The notes under the pieces were generated by a model, which had not been told where the DNA came from, did not search any database, and saw only the letters and a program-made list of their open reading frames with translations. 64,000 nucleotides of DNA. Source: an uncultured Bacilli bacterium. GTDB lineage: Bacteria; Bacillota_I; Bacilli_A; RF39; UBA660. Position 1 is the stretch's first letter; every line of letters starts with the position of its first letter. Of the stretch, positions 1 to 10,170 are shown piece by piece. The stretch covers positions 57,495-121,494 of the forward strand of contig CAKOKU010000002.1 in NCBI GenBank assembly GCA_934095865.1, given 5' to 3'. A program made the position numbers and the translations under genes.

Positions 1-217
1 AGCCATTTTTATCACCTAATGTATTATATGGATTATTGTTTTTTTTGCTATAAATTAAAATTGAAATTATACAAAAAAGTAACTTTTATCATTTACTACT
101 AATATTTATATAATCATTTCTTTTTGATTGTAGATAACATCTTATGCAAACAAAATCATTTTAATTTTTTATAGCATGCATTATAAATAATCTTCATTTC
201 TTCAACTTAACTTTAAT

Positions 218-1414
218 TCAACTGACTTTAAAAGTCGCTTTTTTGTAATGACTGTAATTTCTAAATAAAATTCTTAATAAAATAATGATTATCAATAAAT
301 AAATCGATGCTTTCAAATAATTCACTTTTATATTTTTGACTTTAACCGGTTCCGAATAAAATAATACGTCATCGTAATAATAATTTATAGTGCCAAGTTG
401 ACTATTAAATATATCAAAAAATGAAATGCTATCTTTACCAACATATTTTGCATCTATTAATGAACTATCATAATCATTTGGTAAATATATTTTAACATCT
501 GTCGATGGGTTAACGTTATAAGGCTCAATTATTCCTATTTTAGAAGATAAAGTTTTAATTGTATCATTAGTGGTAAAAATTATATGTTCAGAATAATTAT
601 TGTCTATGAAATTAATCAAGCTTAAAGTATCAGAAATATTATATACTTCGTTATTCTTGGGTGCATTCAAAGTAATAAGAAGCATTTCATGATTATTAGA
701 TACAAAATATGCACTTATACAAAGGTTAGCTTTGCTAGTAAAACCGGTTTTACTCCCTAAAATTCTACTCACATCCATTGTTCCAGATCTATTATATAAA
801 TTTAAGGTTGATGATATCTTTAAACCATTGCTTAATTCATATTCCTTGGTGGTATATATTTGTTTATAAGCATCATTTTTTATAGCATATTTTAATAACT
901 TTAATAAGTCTTCTAAGGTACTATAATTATTATCATCATCTAAACCGACAACATTTGCAAAATGAGAATTAGTCATGCCAATTAACATTGCTTTTTCATT
1001 CATTTTATTCACAAAATTTTCTTGAGAACCGGCGATGGAAACAGCTAACGCAATAGCAGCATCAGCACCCGACGGTAAAATGCAAGCATAAAATAAATCA
1101 TTATATGTAATTACGTCGCCTGCTTTAAGACCAGCCTTAGAGGTATCCCATCTGACCAAACTTTGCATTTCTTTAGTATATACCACTTGTTCATTAAAAT
1201 TAGAAACCATCTCCATTGCAGTAATAACAGTTAAAATTTTAGTTAAAGAAGCAATATAACTTCGTTCATTAGGATTTAATTCATATAAGATGCGTTCATC
1301 GGTCATATCATAAACAATGGCATTATTATAGTGAAGAGTTGGATATTTTAAAGCTAAAACAATATTAGGATAGATTAAAATTAAAACCCAAAATAAATAT
1401 TGTAATTTTTTCAT
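218..1414 (-). CDS. D-alanyl-D-alanine carboxypeptidase (peptidase S11, low-MW PBP)
   Basis: N-terminal signal/TM segment; SLTK (SxxK) active-site motif; SGAD (SxN-like) motif; C-terminal TM anchor. Length fits DacA/DacB-type PBPs. Confidence 0.7.
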   Translation of the reverse strand: MKKLQYLFWVLILIYPNIVLALKYPTLHYNNAIVYDMTDERILYELNPNERSYIASLTKILTVITAMEMVSNFNEQVVYTKEMQSLVRWDTSKAGLKAGDVITYNDLFYACILPSGADAAIALAVSIAGSQENFVNKMNEKAMLIGMTNSHFANVVGLDDDNNYSTLEDLLKLLKYAIKNDAYKQIYTTKEYELSNGLKISSTLNLYNRSGTMDVSRILGSKTGFTSKANLCISAYFVSNNHEMLLITLNAPKNNEVYNISDTLSLINFIDNNYSEHIIFTTNDTIKTLSSKIGIIEPYNVNPSTDVKIYLPNDYDSSLIDAKYVGKDSISFFDIFNSQLGTINYYYDDVLFYSEPVKVKNIKVNYLKASIYLLIIIILLRILFRNYSHYKKATFKVS

Positions 1415-1428
1415 AACGATCCCTAATC

Positions 1429-2121
1429 TTATTGATTATCTCTAAGAATTAAATACATTACTTTGGCAATATTTGAACACGCCACTGGAAGAAATTCATC
1501 ATAAGTTATTCTGTTGTTATTATTTGGACAATCAGAAATACTTCTTAAAATCACGCAAGGTACACGGCAAAGATAACAAACCTGACCAATTGCCGCACCT
1601 TCCATCTCAACACAAAGAGCTGAAAATTGAGAATGAATTTTTTGAGCCATCTTTTCTTGGGTGCAAAATATATCTCCGGAAGCTATGCAGCCTAATTTAT
1701 AGGATAATTTTTGAGATTTAAAAATTTCAGAAATGTGAGTTACTAAGGAATTATCCACAGGTATAACATCACCAATGTTTGGAATGTATCCTTTTTTATG
1801 ATCGAAAGCTGTTATATCAAAATCATGTTGTATCAATGATGTAGAAATAACAATATCACCAACCGTTAAATCACTGGCAATACCCCCAGCAACACCAATA
1901 TTATAAATTACAGACGGATGGTAATTATCTATCAATATTTGAGCAGTTCTAGCAGCATTGACTTTACCAACTCCACTCTCAACTAATATTACTTTTTGAT
2001 TAGCAATTAAGGCTTCGTAAAATGTTAATTCATATATTTTTTCAATTTTATTTACCATTAAATACTTTTTTAATGCTTGTAATTCTTCTTTCATTGCAAA
2101 AATTATGCCAATATTCTTCAT
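1429..2121 (-). CDS. mtnN: 5'-methylthioadenosine/S-adenosylhomocysteine nucleosidase
   Basis: 230 aa; MKNIGIIFAMKEE start; VGVAGGI and CVEMEGAAIGQVC motifs typical of the Pfs/MtnN purine nucleoside phosphorylase fold. Confidence 0.8.
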   Translation of the reverse strand: MKNIGIIFAMKEELQALKKYLMVNKIEKIYELTFYEALIANQKVILVESGVGKVNAARTAQILIDNYHPSVIYNIGVAGGIASDLTVGDIVISTSLIQHDFDITAFDHKKGYIPNIGDVIPVDNSLVTHISEIFKSQKLSYKLGCIASGDIFCTQEKMAQKIHSQFSALCVEMEGAAIGQVCYLCRVPCVILRSISDCPNNNNRITYDEFLPVACSNIAKVMYLILRDNQ

Positions 2122-2237
2122 AACGCCTCCATTTTAGCAGCAGTTCAACTTGAAAACTAAGTTAAATTTCTTTGATTATACATCAAAGATAGATGAAGAA
2201 AAAGTCCTAATGGTTAAATTAGAACTTTTTATAATTA

Positions 2238-5200
2238 TTAATTTTGTGATTTATTTTTAATTATTAGTTTGTCAGCACAAGCAAGCATACTTGGTAGAAT
2301 AATTAGCATTAATAGCATTGAACAGAAAGTACCAATTGAAATTGTTTTACAAATCATAGCAGCAATGTGTGAAGCAAACTGACCAACTATTAAAGTAACA
2401 ATAATAAGGATAGAAGCACTTGTTAAAATAGTATGAATTGATTTATTGTATGAATTGATTAAAGCTTCCTTGATATCCATAGATTTTCTTGATTCTAAAT
2501 AATATGATGTATAAAGAATTGCATAATCAATTGTTGCGCCCATTAAGATGCTTTGAACAATTAGTAAGGCAATGAAGTAAACAGAGCCACCGGCAAATGT
2601 CAAGGTATCCATTGTAATATATACAGCACATTGAATTAATAAAACTAAAATAATTGGAATTAAAATTGATTTAAATGTAAATGCTACTACGACAAATATG
2701 AAAATCATAGTTAGGATTGTTATTAAATTCATTTCGCCGTCGAACGATTCACTCATTTCAAGAGCCATTGGCGAATCTCCTATAACATAAGCATTTTTGC
2801 CTGTCATGACATTTTTTGCAGAACGAATAAAATCATAAGTTTCTTCGCCTTCAGCATCTAATGTAGTATTAAAAATAGCACGATTATAGTCTTTACCAAC
2901 TAATAATTCTTTAGCATCACTAATTGTTGTTTTGGCATCAGTAATTTTAGTACGCATATCATTATCAATAAAATCATCAAAACGAGTATCTGTTAAAATA
3001 TCTTCATTAATATAGCGAACAAATTCTTCAACTGTTAAAGTCCAATCTTCATTATAGTAATTTTCACTACCATAGTAAATGAACAATAGATCCATTGCAT
3101 TTTCATCAATATTATCTGCTAATGGTTCAATAAGTGCTAGCATCTCACTTAAATTAAATTTTGTATTATTTTTAGTGGCTGTCATTATAGCACGTACTGT
3201 ATTTAATTGACTTTTCATATCATCAGTGAACATTGAAGAATATTTGTTATCATTAACAACATTATCAAGTAAATAATTAACGAAGGTATCTAAAGATAAG
3301 GTTATCTTTTTACCATTTTGAACTTCGTATAATGAATATAATAGTTTTAAATCATCTTTAGAAGTACCTATTAAAGTAGCCATGTCAGTATAACTATATT
3401 TAGTATTGTTATAAACTGAGTCCATTACTGTATTTACTAGGTTTAATTTGGCTAATGACTCAGAATCAAGAGAACCATTTAGCATTTCATCATTTTGATG
3501 TTCTAATAAGAATTTAGCAAACTCCATTGGTGTCACACTGGTATTGGTATTCATGACATGATATAAAGTGTAAATTTGTTTAACCATGGCCTCATCAACA
3601 CTGATTAAGTTAGAAAGTTCGCTATAATTGAATTTAGTATCATTATTAGTAGCAACCATAATATTCTTAGCAAGAGTTAAAGTCTCAATAGTCTTTTCAT
3701 CTAAAATTTTACTTAGAATAGCATTGTCTTTATTCTCTAAAATTAAGTTAACAAATTCATAAGGAGTTAAATATATTTCTTTATTTTGAATAATGGCAAT
3801 TACTTCATCAACTTTTTCTTCTGGTATTCCTAGAGCCGTAGCGATTTGTTTAATGGTCATTATTTCGTCATCAGTGATTTCGGCATTTTTAATGTAATCT
3901 TCTAATTTGGCAAGAAGTTCATCAACGTCAATACCAGTTTTTTCTTCAATTAAATCTTTATATTTAGTAATTAATTCTTTAATTTGAGCTGGTGTGTAAC
4001 CATTAATCGTAACATTTTTTAAATCTAAAATAGAATTAATATCATCTTTTGATAAGTTAAATATTTTAGCTAATCCTTCAGCATCCATTTTGGTATTAAT
4101 TATCTCTTTGTTACTTAAGACTTTTAATAATTTTAAGGACGCAACTGTGTCATCAGTAAATAAACCTTTATATTCAGGATTTGTGTAAACTTTATCTAAA
4201 GTGAAATTAACAAATTCACTAACTGTTAGTTTTTCTGTTATTGGTTGTAATGATTCATAATACATGAATAATTTATCAACATCATCCTTGGATAATTCAA
4301 ACATACTAGCTATTTCACTAGATTGTTTCTTTGATGTAATATTGTTTTTACTTAAGAATGGTTTAGCTTCGGTTAATAAAGTTTTTTGATCATTAGAAAT
4401 GTAAGCTTTATATGTATCATTTTTTAAAACAAAATTATTAATAAAGTTTGCAAGTTCAGGTAATGTGATTTTTGTACTTGGATTAGTGGCATTATAAAGA
4501 ATAAATAATTGATCAACTTGATCCTTTGATACCCCTAAAATATTAGCTATTTCACTAGCTGTTCTCTTTTTATTTAAAGCACCTACGCTAGTAAAATTTT
4601 TAAGTTTAGTGATATTTTCTCTTAATTCTGGTGTAATTTCTTTAGAAAGTTCGGCATTTGTATAAACTTTATTTTCTATGAAATTAACTAAATCATTAAA
4701 AGTCATAGTTGTTTCTTGATTATTATAGTAGTTATAATAAATTAATTTAAGAACATAATCATCAATATCAACATCTTGACCTAAGTCGCTAAATTTTGTT
4801 TTTAGTTCATCATATTTAAGTGGTTCGTTGATAGTATTACCGTAACATAATACTTGATCTATTTTATTAGTGCCAACAAGACTACGGCAGTAAGAGCCGA
4901 CGTAATCTTCTTCGCTACTAGGATAAATCAAAGCAATCTGATTATTTTCTTTAAATACTTTAGCAATATCATCTTGTTCATTTGATGTAAATTCATATTG
5001 TAGATTTCCCTTTAAGAAATAACTTAAAGCAAATATAACAATAAATAAGAAAATAGCAATGTGACGAATTCCAAAACTAAAGTTGCCTAGCCAGTCTAAC
5101 TTCATAGAAAAATGTTTCTTTTGTGTTTTTTCAATTAAACCATCAAACATTAATATTAATGCTGGAAGTGCTAAGAAAATACTTACTAGACTAAAGACAA

Positions 5201-6110
5201 CACCTTTGGCAAGAACAATACCTAAGTCACGACCTATTGTGAAGCTCATAAAAACTAGAGCAAGTAACCCGACGATTGTTGTGATTGAACTACTAGAAAT
5301 AGAGCCGAATGAATGAAATAAGGCATTTTTCATTGCTTGTTCTTTATCTTTTTCATGCTCTTTTTCTTGTGTATATCTATTCATTAACATTATAGAATAA
5401 TCCATAGATAAAGCCATTTGGAGAATAGCACAAATTGATGTAGTAATATTAGATACACTACTAAAGACAATATTTGTTCCTTTATTTAAGAAAACAGCTA
5501 ATCCTATAACAAATAGGAATAAAAATGGCTCTACATAACTATCACACATGATAATTAAGATAATCATAGCGCAGAAAATAGCAAGAGCAATAACAGCTAT
5601 ATTTAATACCGGTGCGTTCCTTGTAGCAACAGCTCCTGATGTATATATTTCATAATTTTGATAATTATTTTTTACGCTGTTATAAACATTGGCAGCATTT
5701 GTTGAGTCGTCCTGCCCATCGACTGTAATTTCGTAAAGTGTATATTCGTCTTTATTATACTTATCAGTATCATCATAAGCAACAGAAGATACACCATCTA
5801 AATTTTTTAATTCTTCTTTAATTTTGTTCTTATCTTCAGAATTTAAATCTTTGAACATTACATTTAATGAACTTGTATCCATTTCTGGAAATTCTGCATT
5901 CATAATGTCCATACCTATTCTTGTTTCTGATGTACTTGGTAAATATTCAGTTAAATCATAATTAATATTTACTTTTGTTGAAAGATATAAACAAACTACT
6001 GATAGAATTATAAAAATAGTTAAAACATAATTTCTTTTTTCAATAATGAAATCAGTAACTTTTCGCATATTTTTTCCTCCCTTTAAACCCCATTTTTCTG
6101 GGACGCACAA
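2238..6110 (-). CDS. MMPL/RND-superfamily membrane transporter with large internal repeat-containing extracytoplasmic insert
   Basis: 1290 aa. N-terminal TM helix then a six-helix TM bundle (MMPL-like); C-terminal second TM bundle. Central ~700 aa hydrophilic region holds about 10 degenerate ~45-aa repeats (LSKDDVDKLF / SKDQVDQLF / SKDDINSIL / SKDDLKLLY). Likely true start at MRKVTDF (6068). Confidence 0.7.
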   Translation of the reverse strand: MCVPEKWGLKGGKNMRKVTDFIIEKRNYVLTIFIILSVVCLYLSTKVNINYDLTEYLPSTSETRIGMDIMNAEFPEMDTSSLNVMFKDLNSEDKNKIKEELKNLDGVSSVAYDDTDKYNKDEYTLYEITVDGQDDSTNAANVYNSVKNNYQNYEIYTSGAVATRNAPVLNIAVIALAIFCAMIILIIMCDSYVEPFLFLFVIGLAVFLNKGTNIVFSSVSNITTSICAILQMALSMDYSIMLMNRYTQEKEHEKDKEQAMKNALFHSFGSISSSSITTIVGLLALVFMSFTIGRDLGIVLAKGVVFSLVSIFLALPALILMFDGLIEKTQKKHFSMKLDWLGNFSFGIRHIAIFLFIVIFALSYFLKGNLQYEFTSNEQDDIAKVFKENNQIALIYPSSEEDYVGSYCRSLVGTNKIDQVLCYGNTINEPLKYDELKTKFSDLGQDVDIDDYVLKLIYYNYYNNQETTMTFNDLVNFIENKVYTNAELSKEITPELRENITKLKNFTSVGALNKKRTASEIANILGVSKDQVDQLFILYNATNPSTKITLPELANFINNFVLKNDTYKAYISNDQKTLLTEAKPFLSKNNITSKKQSSEIASMFELSKDDVDKLFMYYESLQPITEKLTVSEFVNFTLDKVYTNPEYKGLFTDDTVASLKLLKVLSNKEIINTKMDAEGLAKIFNLSKDDINSILDLKNVTINGYTPAQIKELITKYKDLIEEKTGIDVDELLAKLEDYIKNAEITDDEIMTIKQIATALGIPEEKVDEVIAIIQNKEIYLTPYEFVNLILENKDNAILSKILDEKTIETLTLAKNIMVATNNDTKFNYSELSNLISVDEAMVKQIYTLYHVMNTNTSVTPMEFAKFLLEHQNDEMLNGSLDSESLAKLNLVNTVMDSVYNNTKYSYTDMATLIGTSKDDLKLLYSLYEVQNGKKITLSLDTFVNYLLDNVVNDNKYSSMFTDDMKSQLNTVRAIMTATKNNTKFNLSEMLALIEPLADNIDENAMDLLFIYYGSENYYNEDWTLTVEEFVRYINEDILTDTRFDDFIDNDMRTKITDAKTTISDAKELLVGKDYNRAIFNTTLDAEGEETYDFIRSAKNVMTGKNAYVIGDSPMALEMSESFDGEMNLITILTMIFIFVVVAFTFKSILIPIILVLLIQCAVYITMDTLTFAGGSVYFIALLIVQSILMGATIDYAILYTSYYLESRKSMDIKEALINSYNKSIHTILTSASILIIVTLIVGQFASHIAAMICKTISIGTFCSMLLMLIILPSMLACADKLIIKNKSQN

Positions 6111-6226
6111 CAGATTATATGCAAACAGTTCTAATTTATAAAGTACACTTTTATAGATGGCGTCTATTTTTTGACATTTGTTTGCTTTTTGTATGAGTTA
6201 TGTGATATAATTTATCTAGTTTAAAG

Positions 6227-6805
6227 GTGGTTATTATGAAAGTCAAGAATAAAAATCGTTCTTCTATTAAAACTAAGCAAAAAATCAGAGAAGCCTTTGC
6301 CGAGTTGTTAAAAACTAAAAATGAATTGTCAAATATGACAGTTACAGAGTTAGTAAGTATTGCTGATGTTACCCGTTCTACTTTTTATACTCATTATGAC
6401 TCTATTTATGATGTTGCCAAAGAGTTACAAGATGAAACTCTAGAATTAATATCTATTTATGATAAGGATATTAGAAGTATTAATGATTTGGATAAATATA
6501 TAGATAGAGTTATAAGTAATTTAAAAGAAAATGAAGATATGTATAGAACCCTTTTGAGAAGTAGAGAGCCTTTACTTTTTATTGAAAAACTTAGCAATAT
6601 GTTTACTAAGCGACTAGCTAATTTTAATATTTTTCAAGGCTCTAATTACGGTGATTTAATAGTTACTTTTTTTACTTATGGTTGTGTTAATTTATTTGTA
6701 AGATATTTTATGGGTGATTTAGATTGCTCCTTGAATGATATTGGTGATTTTATTAAAGGAATGATTAAAACTTTACTTAATAATGAAAAGAATACCATTG
6801 CTTGA
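6227..6805 (+). CDS. TetR/AcrR family transcriptional regulator
   Basis: 192 aa. N-terminal HTH (TVTELVSIADVTRSTFYTHY). Divergently transcribed from the MMPL transporter, the classic regulator/pump arrangement. Confidence 0.75.
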   Translation: MVIMKVKNKNRSSIKTKQKIREAFAELLKTKNELSNMTVTELVSIADVTRSTFYTHYDSIYDVAKELQDETLELISIYDKDIRSINDLDKYIDRVISNLKENEDMYRTLLRSREPLLFIEKLSNMFTKRLANFNIFQGSNYGDLIVTFFTYGCVNLFVRYFMGDLDCSLNDIGDFIKGMIKTLLNNEKNTIA

Positions 6806-6817
6806 TGAATGGTATTT

Positions 6818-7537
6818 TTATTTTGTTGATTTTTTGCCGGCTCTAGTGGTAGTTGCTGTTTTTTTCTTGGCATTCGCAAGTTTATTAGCACTTGTGGCCT
6901 TAGAAGGCTTAGATGAAGTAGCAAGTGAAGTTTTTGATTTATTAGTCTTATTAAATTCAGCATCAATACGTTTTTGATTATTTAATATAATTTCGTCCAT
7001 ATCAGGTTGAAAAGAGTAATTTATTAGACAAGCGCCTCCGATTAATGTAATAATGATAATTACTAGACCAATGATATAACACTTAATTAAACCAAATGGA
7101 TTTTCTTTAGCGTTTAAAGCACTTTCTATTTTTTCATACTCTTGACGAAGTTGGTTTTTCTTAGCAACACTAGCATATTTCTTACTATCAACTTCTTCAA
7201 TGTTTTTAGTTATCTCTGTTATTTTAGCATCTAATTCTAAATACTTTTCATTTCCTATTTCATCTTGATGTAATTTAGCTATTTCTCTTTGATACTTCTG
7301 CTTAGTAGCCGTTAACTCTTTTGACTTTTCAACATAATAATTATAGTTTTCATCATTTAAAGTGATTTCTTTTTCAACAGCTATTTTATCACTTTCTGTG
7401 TATTTGCTAATTGTATTAGCATAAGTATTTAAATTAAATAATATAATGCATATTCCTAATATTAAACCAATTAAAATTAAACTAATGCCGCCTACTAGCA
7501 TTGATTTATTATATGGTCGACGAGCTTTTTCCTGCAT
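6818..7537 (-). CDS. hypothetical bitopic membrane protein with coiled-coil region and Lys/Thr-rich C-terminal tail
   Basis: 239 aa. TM helix near the N-terminus, charged coiled-coil-like middle, second hydrophobic segment, tail KKKTATTTRAGKKSTK. Confidence 0.4.
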   Translation of the reverse strand: MQEKARRPYNKSMLVGGISLILIGLILGICIILFNLNTYANTISKYTESDKIAVEKEITLNDENYNYYVEKSKELTATKQKYQREIAKLHQDEIGNEKYLELDAKITEITKNIEEVDSKKYASVAKKNQLRQEYEKIESALNAKENPFGLIKCYIIGLVIIIITLIGGACLINYSFQPDMDEIILNNQKRIDAEFNKTNKSKTSLATSSKPSKATSANKLANAKKKTATTTRAGKKSTK

Positions 7538-7747
7538 ATAAAACCTCTTTATATTCTTATAGTTTTATAATATCATATCTCAAAATATAATGCAAAAAAT
7601 TCTTTGTAATTAATTATTTTACTAAAAAAGGTTATTCAAAAATTTGGATTTTATATTATTTTTATCTAAAACACACTTTATATTAATGAGCATCGATTGT
7701 TAAGATTTATTTTAATTTTCAATCGAGATATGTTATATATAATGTAG

Positions 7748-8926
7748 GTGATAGAATTGATTAAAAAAGCTATATTATTAATTATAACTACTTGCGAATT
7801 GTTCTTAGTTAGTGGATGTGGAAAAATACAGGCTGAGGTTAGGGAAAAAGAAAAAACAGATTTTGATGTTTATTCTAAAATAAAATATAGCGATCTTGTT
7901 GATATAGACAGTGGCTATATTAATGATGATAAAGAAATATTACTAGATAATATTGGTTCCCAAACATTAAGTATTGTTTATAAAGATTATAAAAAACATA
8001 AGGCTACATATAAAATAGATATAAGTGTGGTTGATAAGGAGCCGCCAATTTTAAGTATGAGTAGCAATATTTATAAATTGGTTGGGGATGAATATAACTT
8101 ATGTGATGAAGCTTTTTATGGAGATAATTTTGATCGTAACTTAAAATGTGAAATCATCGGTAACTATGATAGAGATACTTTAGGTAAGTACGAATTAACG
8201 TTAAAGGTTAGTGATCAAAGTGAGAATAGTGTGGAAAAACAGTTTAACCTAAATGTAATAGAGAAATTTAATAATCAAGGCAATAATATTCCTGATGGTT
8301 TAAATATAGCTGATGCAATAGCTAGTTACAAAAATGATAAGACTTCCATAGGGATAGATGTTTCAAGTTACCAAGGTAGGATAGATTGGGAACAAGTTAA
8401 AGATAATGGAATCGAATTTGCAATGATAAGACTCGGTTATGGTTATACAAGTGATATGCAACTAATTATAGATAAATATTTTGAAGATAACTTACGAGGT
8501 GCAAAAGAAAATGGCTTAAAAGTTGGTGTATATTTTTATACTTATGCTAATACTTTAAAAGAAATAGATGAACAAGTTGATTTTATTGTTAAAACTTTAA
8601 ATGGCAACACACTAGAATTAGGCATAGCTTATGATTTTGAAAGTTGGAAAAGATTTTACCGTTATGAAATGAATTTTTTCGATTTAAATAATCTTTATAA
8701 TTATTTTTCGGATAAACTTAGTGATTATGGGTATGAAACAATGCTTTATGGCAGTAAATATTATCTGAATACAGCTTGGAATACTGATAGTAAAAAGATT
8801 TGGTTAGCTCATTATACTAGCAAAACAAATTATGATAAAGATTTTGTTATGTGGCAATTTAGCGACGTTGGTTTAGTTAATGGTATTAATGGATTTGTCG
8901 ATTTAGATGTTATGTATTCAAATTAG
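7748..8926 (+). CDS. lipoprotein with C-terminal GH25 muramidase (lysozyme) domain
   Basis: Lipobox LVSGC after the signal peptide. C-terminal IGIDVSSYQGRIDWEQVKDNGIEFAMIRLGYG matches GH25 (Lyz2/Cpl-1-type) catalytic-region signatures. Confidence 0.7.
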   Translation: MIELIKKAILLIITTCELFLVSGCGKIQAEVREKEKTDFDVYSKIKYSDLVDIDSGYINDDKEILLDNIGSQTLSIVYKDYKKHKATYKIDISVVDKEPPILSMSSNIYKLVGDEYNLCDEAFYGDNFDRNLKCEIIGNYDRDTLGKYELTLKVSDQSENSVEKQFNLNVIEKFNNQGNNIPDGLNIADAIASYKNDKTSIGIDVSSYQGRIDWEQVKDNGIEFAMIRLGYGYTSDMQLIIDKYFEDNLRGAKENGLKVGVYFYTYANTLKEIDEQVDFIVKTLNGNTLELGIAYDFESWKRFYRYEMNFFDLNNLYNYFSDKLSDYGYETMLYGSKYYLNTAWNTDSKKIWLAHYTSKTNYDKDFVMWQFSDVGLVNGINGFVDLDVMYSN

Positions 8927-9010
8927 TTTCGGTTGTACTTAAAAAAGCATTCAAAACCATATTATTGAAAAATTATGAATATGATATATTTTTAATTAGA
9001 AATTTAAAAA

Positions 9011-9045
9011 GGACTCACTCTTATTTAAAATTGTGAATCCTTTTT
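9011..9045. terminator. putative bidirectional hairpin between convergent genes
   Basis: ggactcac...gtgaatcc imperfect 8-bp stem flanked by A/T runs, between the GH25 gene (+) and htrA (-). Confidence 0.3.
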
Positions 9046-9054
9046 ATTATGAAA

Positions 9055-10170
9055 CTATTTCTTTAATTTAATCTTTAATTCTTTTTCAAAACCATTACGA
9101 TTGATTTTTATAGTTACTGTGTCACCAACATTATGACGGTATAATTCATATTTTAATTTGGCTGAACTTGATACTTTAACATTATCAAATTCTAAAATTA
9201 TATCTTGTGATTTTAAGCCAGCTTCTTCAGCAGATGAACCACTTTCAACTTCGTAAACAACAACGCCACTAGTAACATTATCTGGAATATTCATACGGTA
9301 ATAACTTTCCGCAACAGATAATTCTATCATACTAATTCCTAAACGAGGTCTTGTAATATCTTCACCATTGATTATTTTAGTAGCAAATTCAATAGCGTCT
9401 TCGATTGGAATAGCAAAGCCCATTCCCTCAACACCGCTTGATACTAATTTCATGTTGGTTACGCCAATGACTTGACCATTAGAATTACATAAAGGACCAC
9501 CTGAGTTACCACTGTTAATAGCAGCATCTGTTTGTAAAACACGCATTATATAATCACTAGAGCTACTGTTAGTAGTTGAAACAGCAACCATTCTATCTTT
9601 TCCTGATAAAATACCTCTTGTTACAGTCCACGAATAAGTTGAACTATCTAAAGGGGCACCGACAGCGAAAGTTGTATCACCTACGCGGCCATCAGTACTT
9701 GAACCAATTTCAGCAACAGTCATATCTTTTGATGAAGTAAATGATAATACGGCAATATCTGCATATTTGTCGCCGCCAACCACTTCAACTTCCGTTGTTG
9801 TATCATCAGTAAAGACTATATTTACTTTTGATGAGCTTTCAATTACATGATAATTTGTCATGACATAATATTTATTATTATCTTTTTTAAAGATAAAACC
9901 GGTCCCAGTTGCTTGAAGCTTATTACTGCGGTAATTTTCTACAACTACTACGGAATCGTATACTTTTTCAACCGCATCAGCAATGCCATTTTCATTTACT
10001 GTTACTTCTTTTTCTAGTTTATTAACAACAGTCGTACTTGGATTAAGTCTAATTATTTCGTACATGGCAAAAGCACCAACGGCAATTAATAACAAGGAAA
10101 TAAATATTTTATTCCAAACATTATTTTTTTCACCAACTACTTTAGCATTAACATAATTTTTTTCATTCAT
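9055..10170 (-). CDS. htrA: HtrA/DegP-family membrane-anchored serine protease with PDZ domain
   Basis: N-terminal TM. Catalytic triad context TNYHVI (His), DIAVL (Asp), GNSGGPL (Ser). C-terminal PDZ-like region. Start ATG overlaps the stop of the upstream Abi_2 gene (TAATG). Confidence 0.85.
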   Translation of the reverse strand: MNEKNYVNAKVVGEKNNVWNKIFISLLLIAVGAFAMYEIIRLNPSTTVVNKLEKEVTVNENGIADAVEKVYDSVVVVENYRSNKLQATGTGFIFKKDNNKYYVMTNYHVIESSSKVNIVFTDDTTTEVEVVGGDKYADIAVLSFTSSKDMTVAEIGSSTDGRVGDTTFAVGAPLDSSTYSWTVTRGILSGKDRMVAVSTTNSSSSDYIMRVLQTDAAINSGNSGGPLCNSNGQVIGVTNMKLVSSGVEGMGFAIPIEDAIEFATKIINGEDITRPRLGISMIELSVAESYYRMNIPDNVTSGVVVYEVESGSSAEEAGLKSQDIILEFDNVKVSSSAKLKYELYRHNVGDTVTIKINRNGFEKELKIKLKK

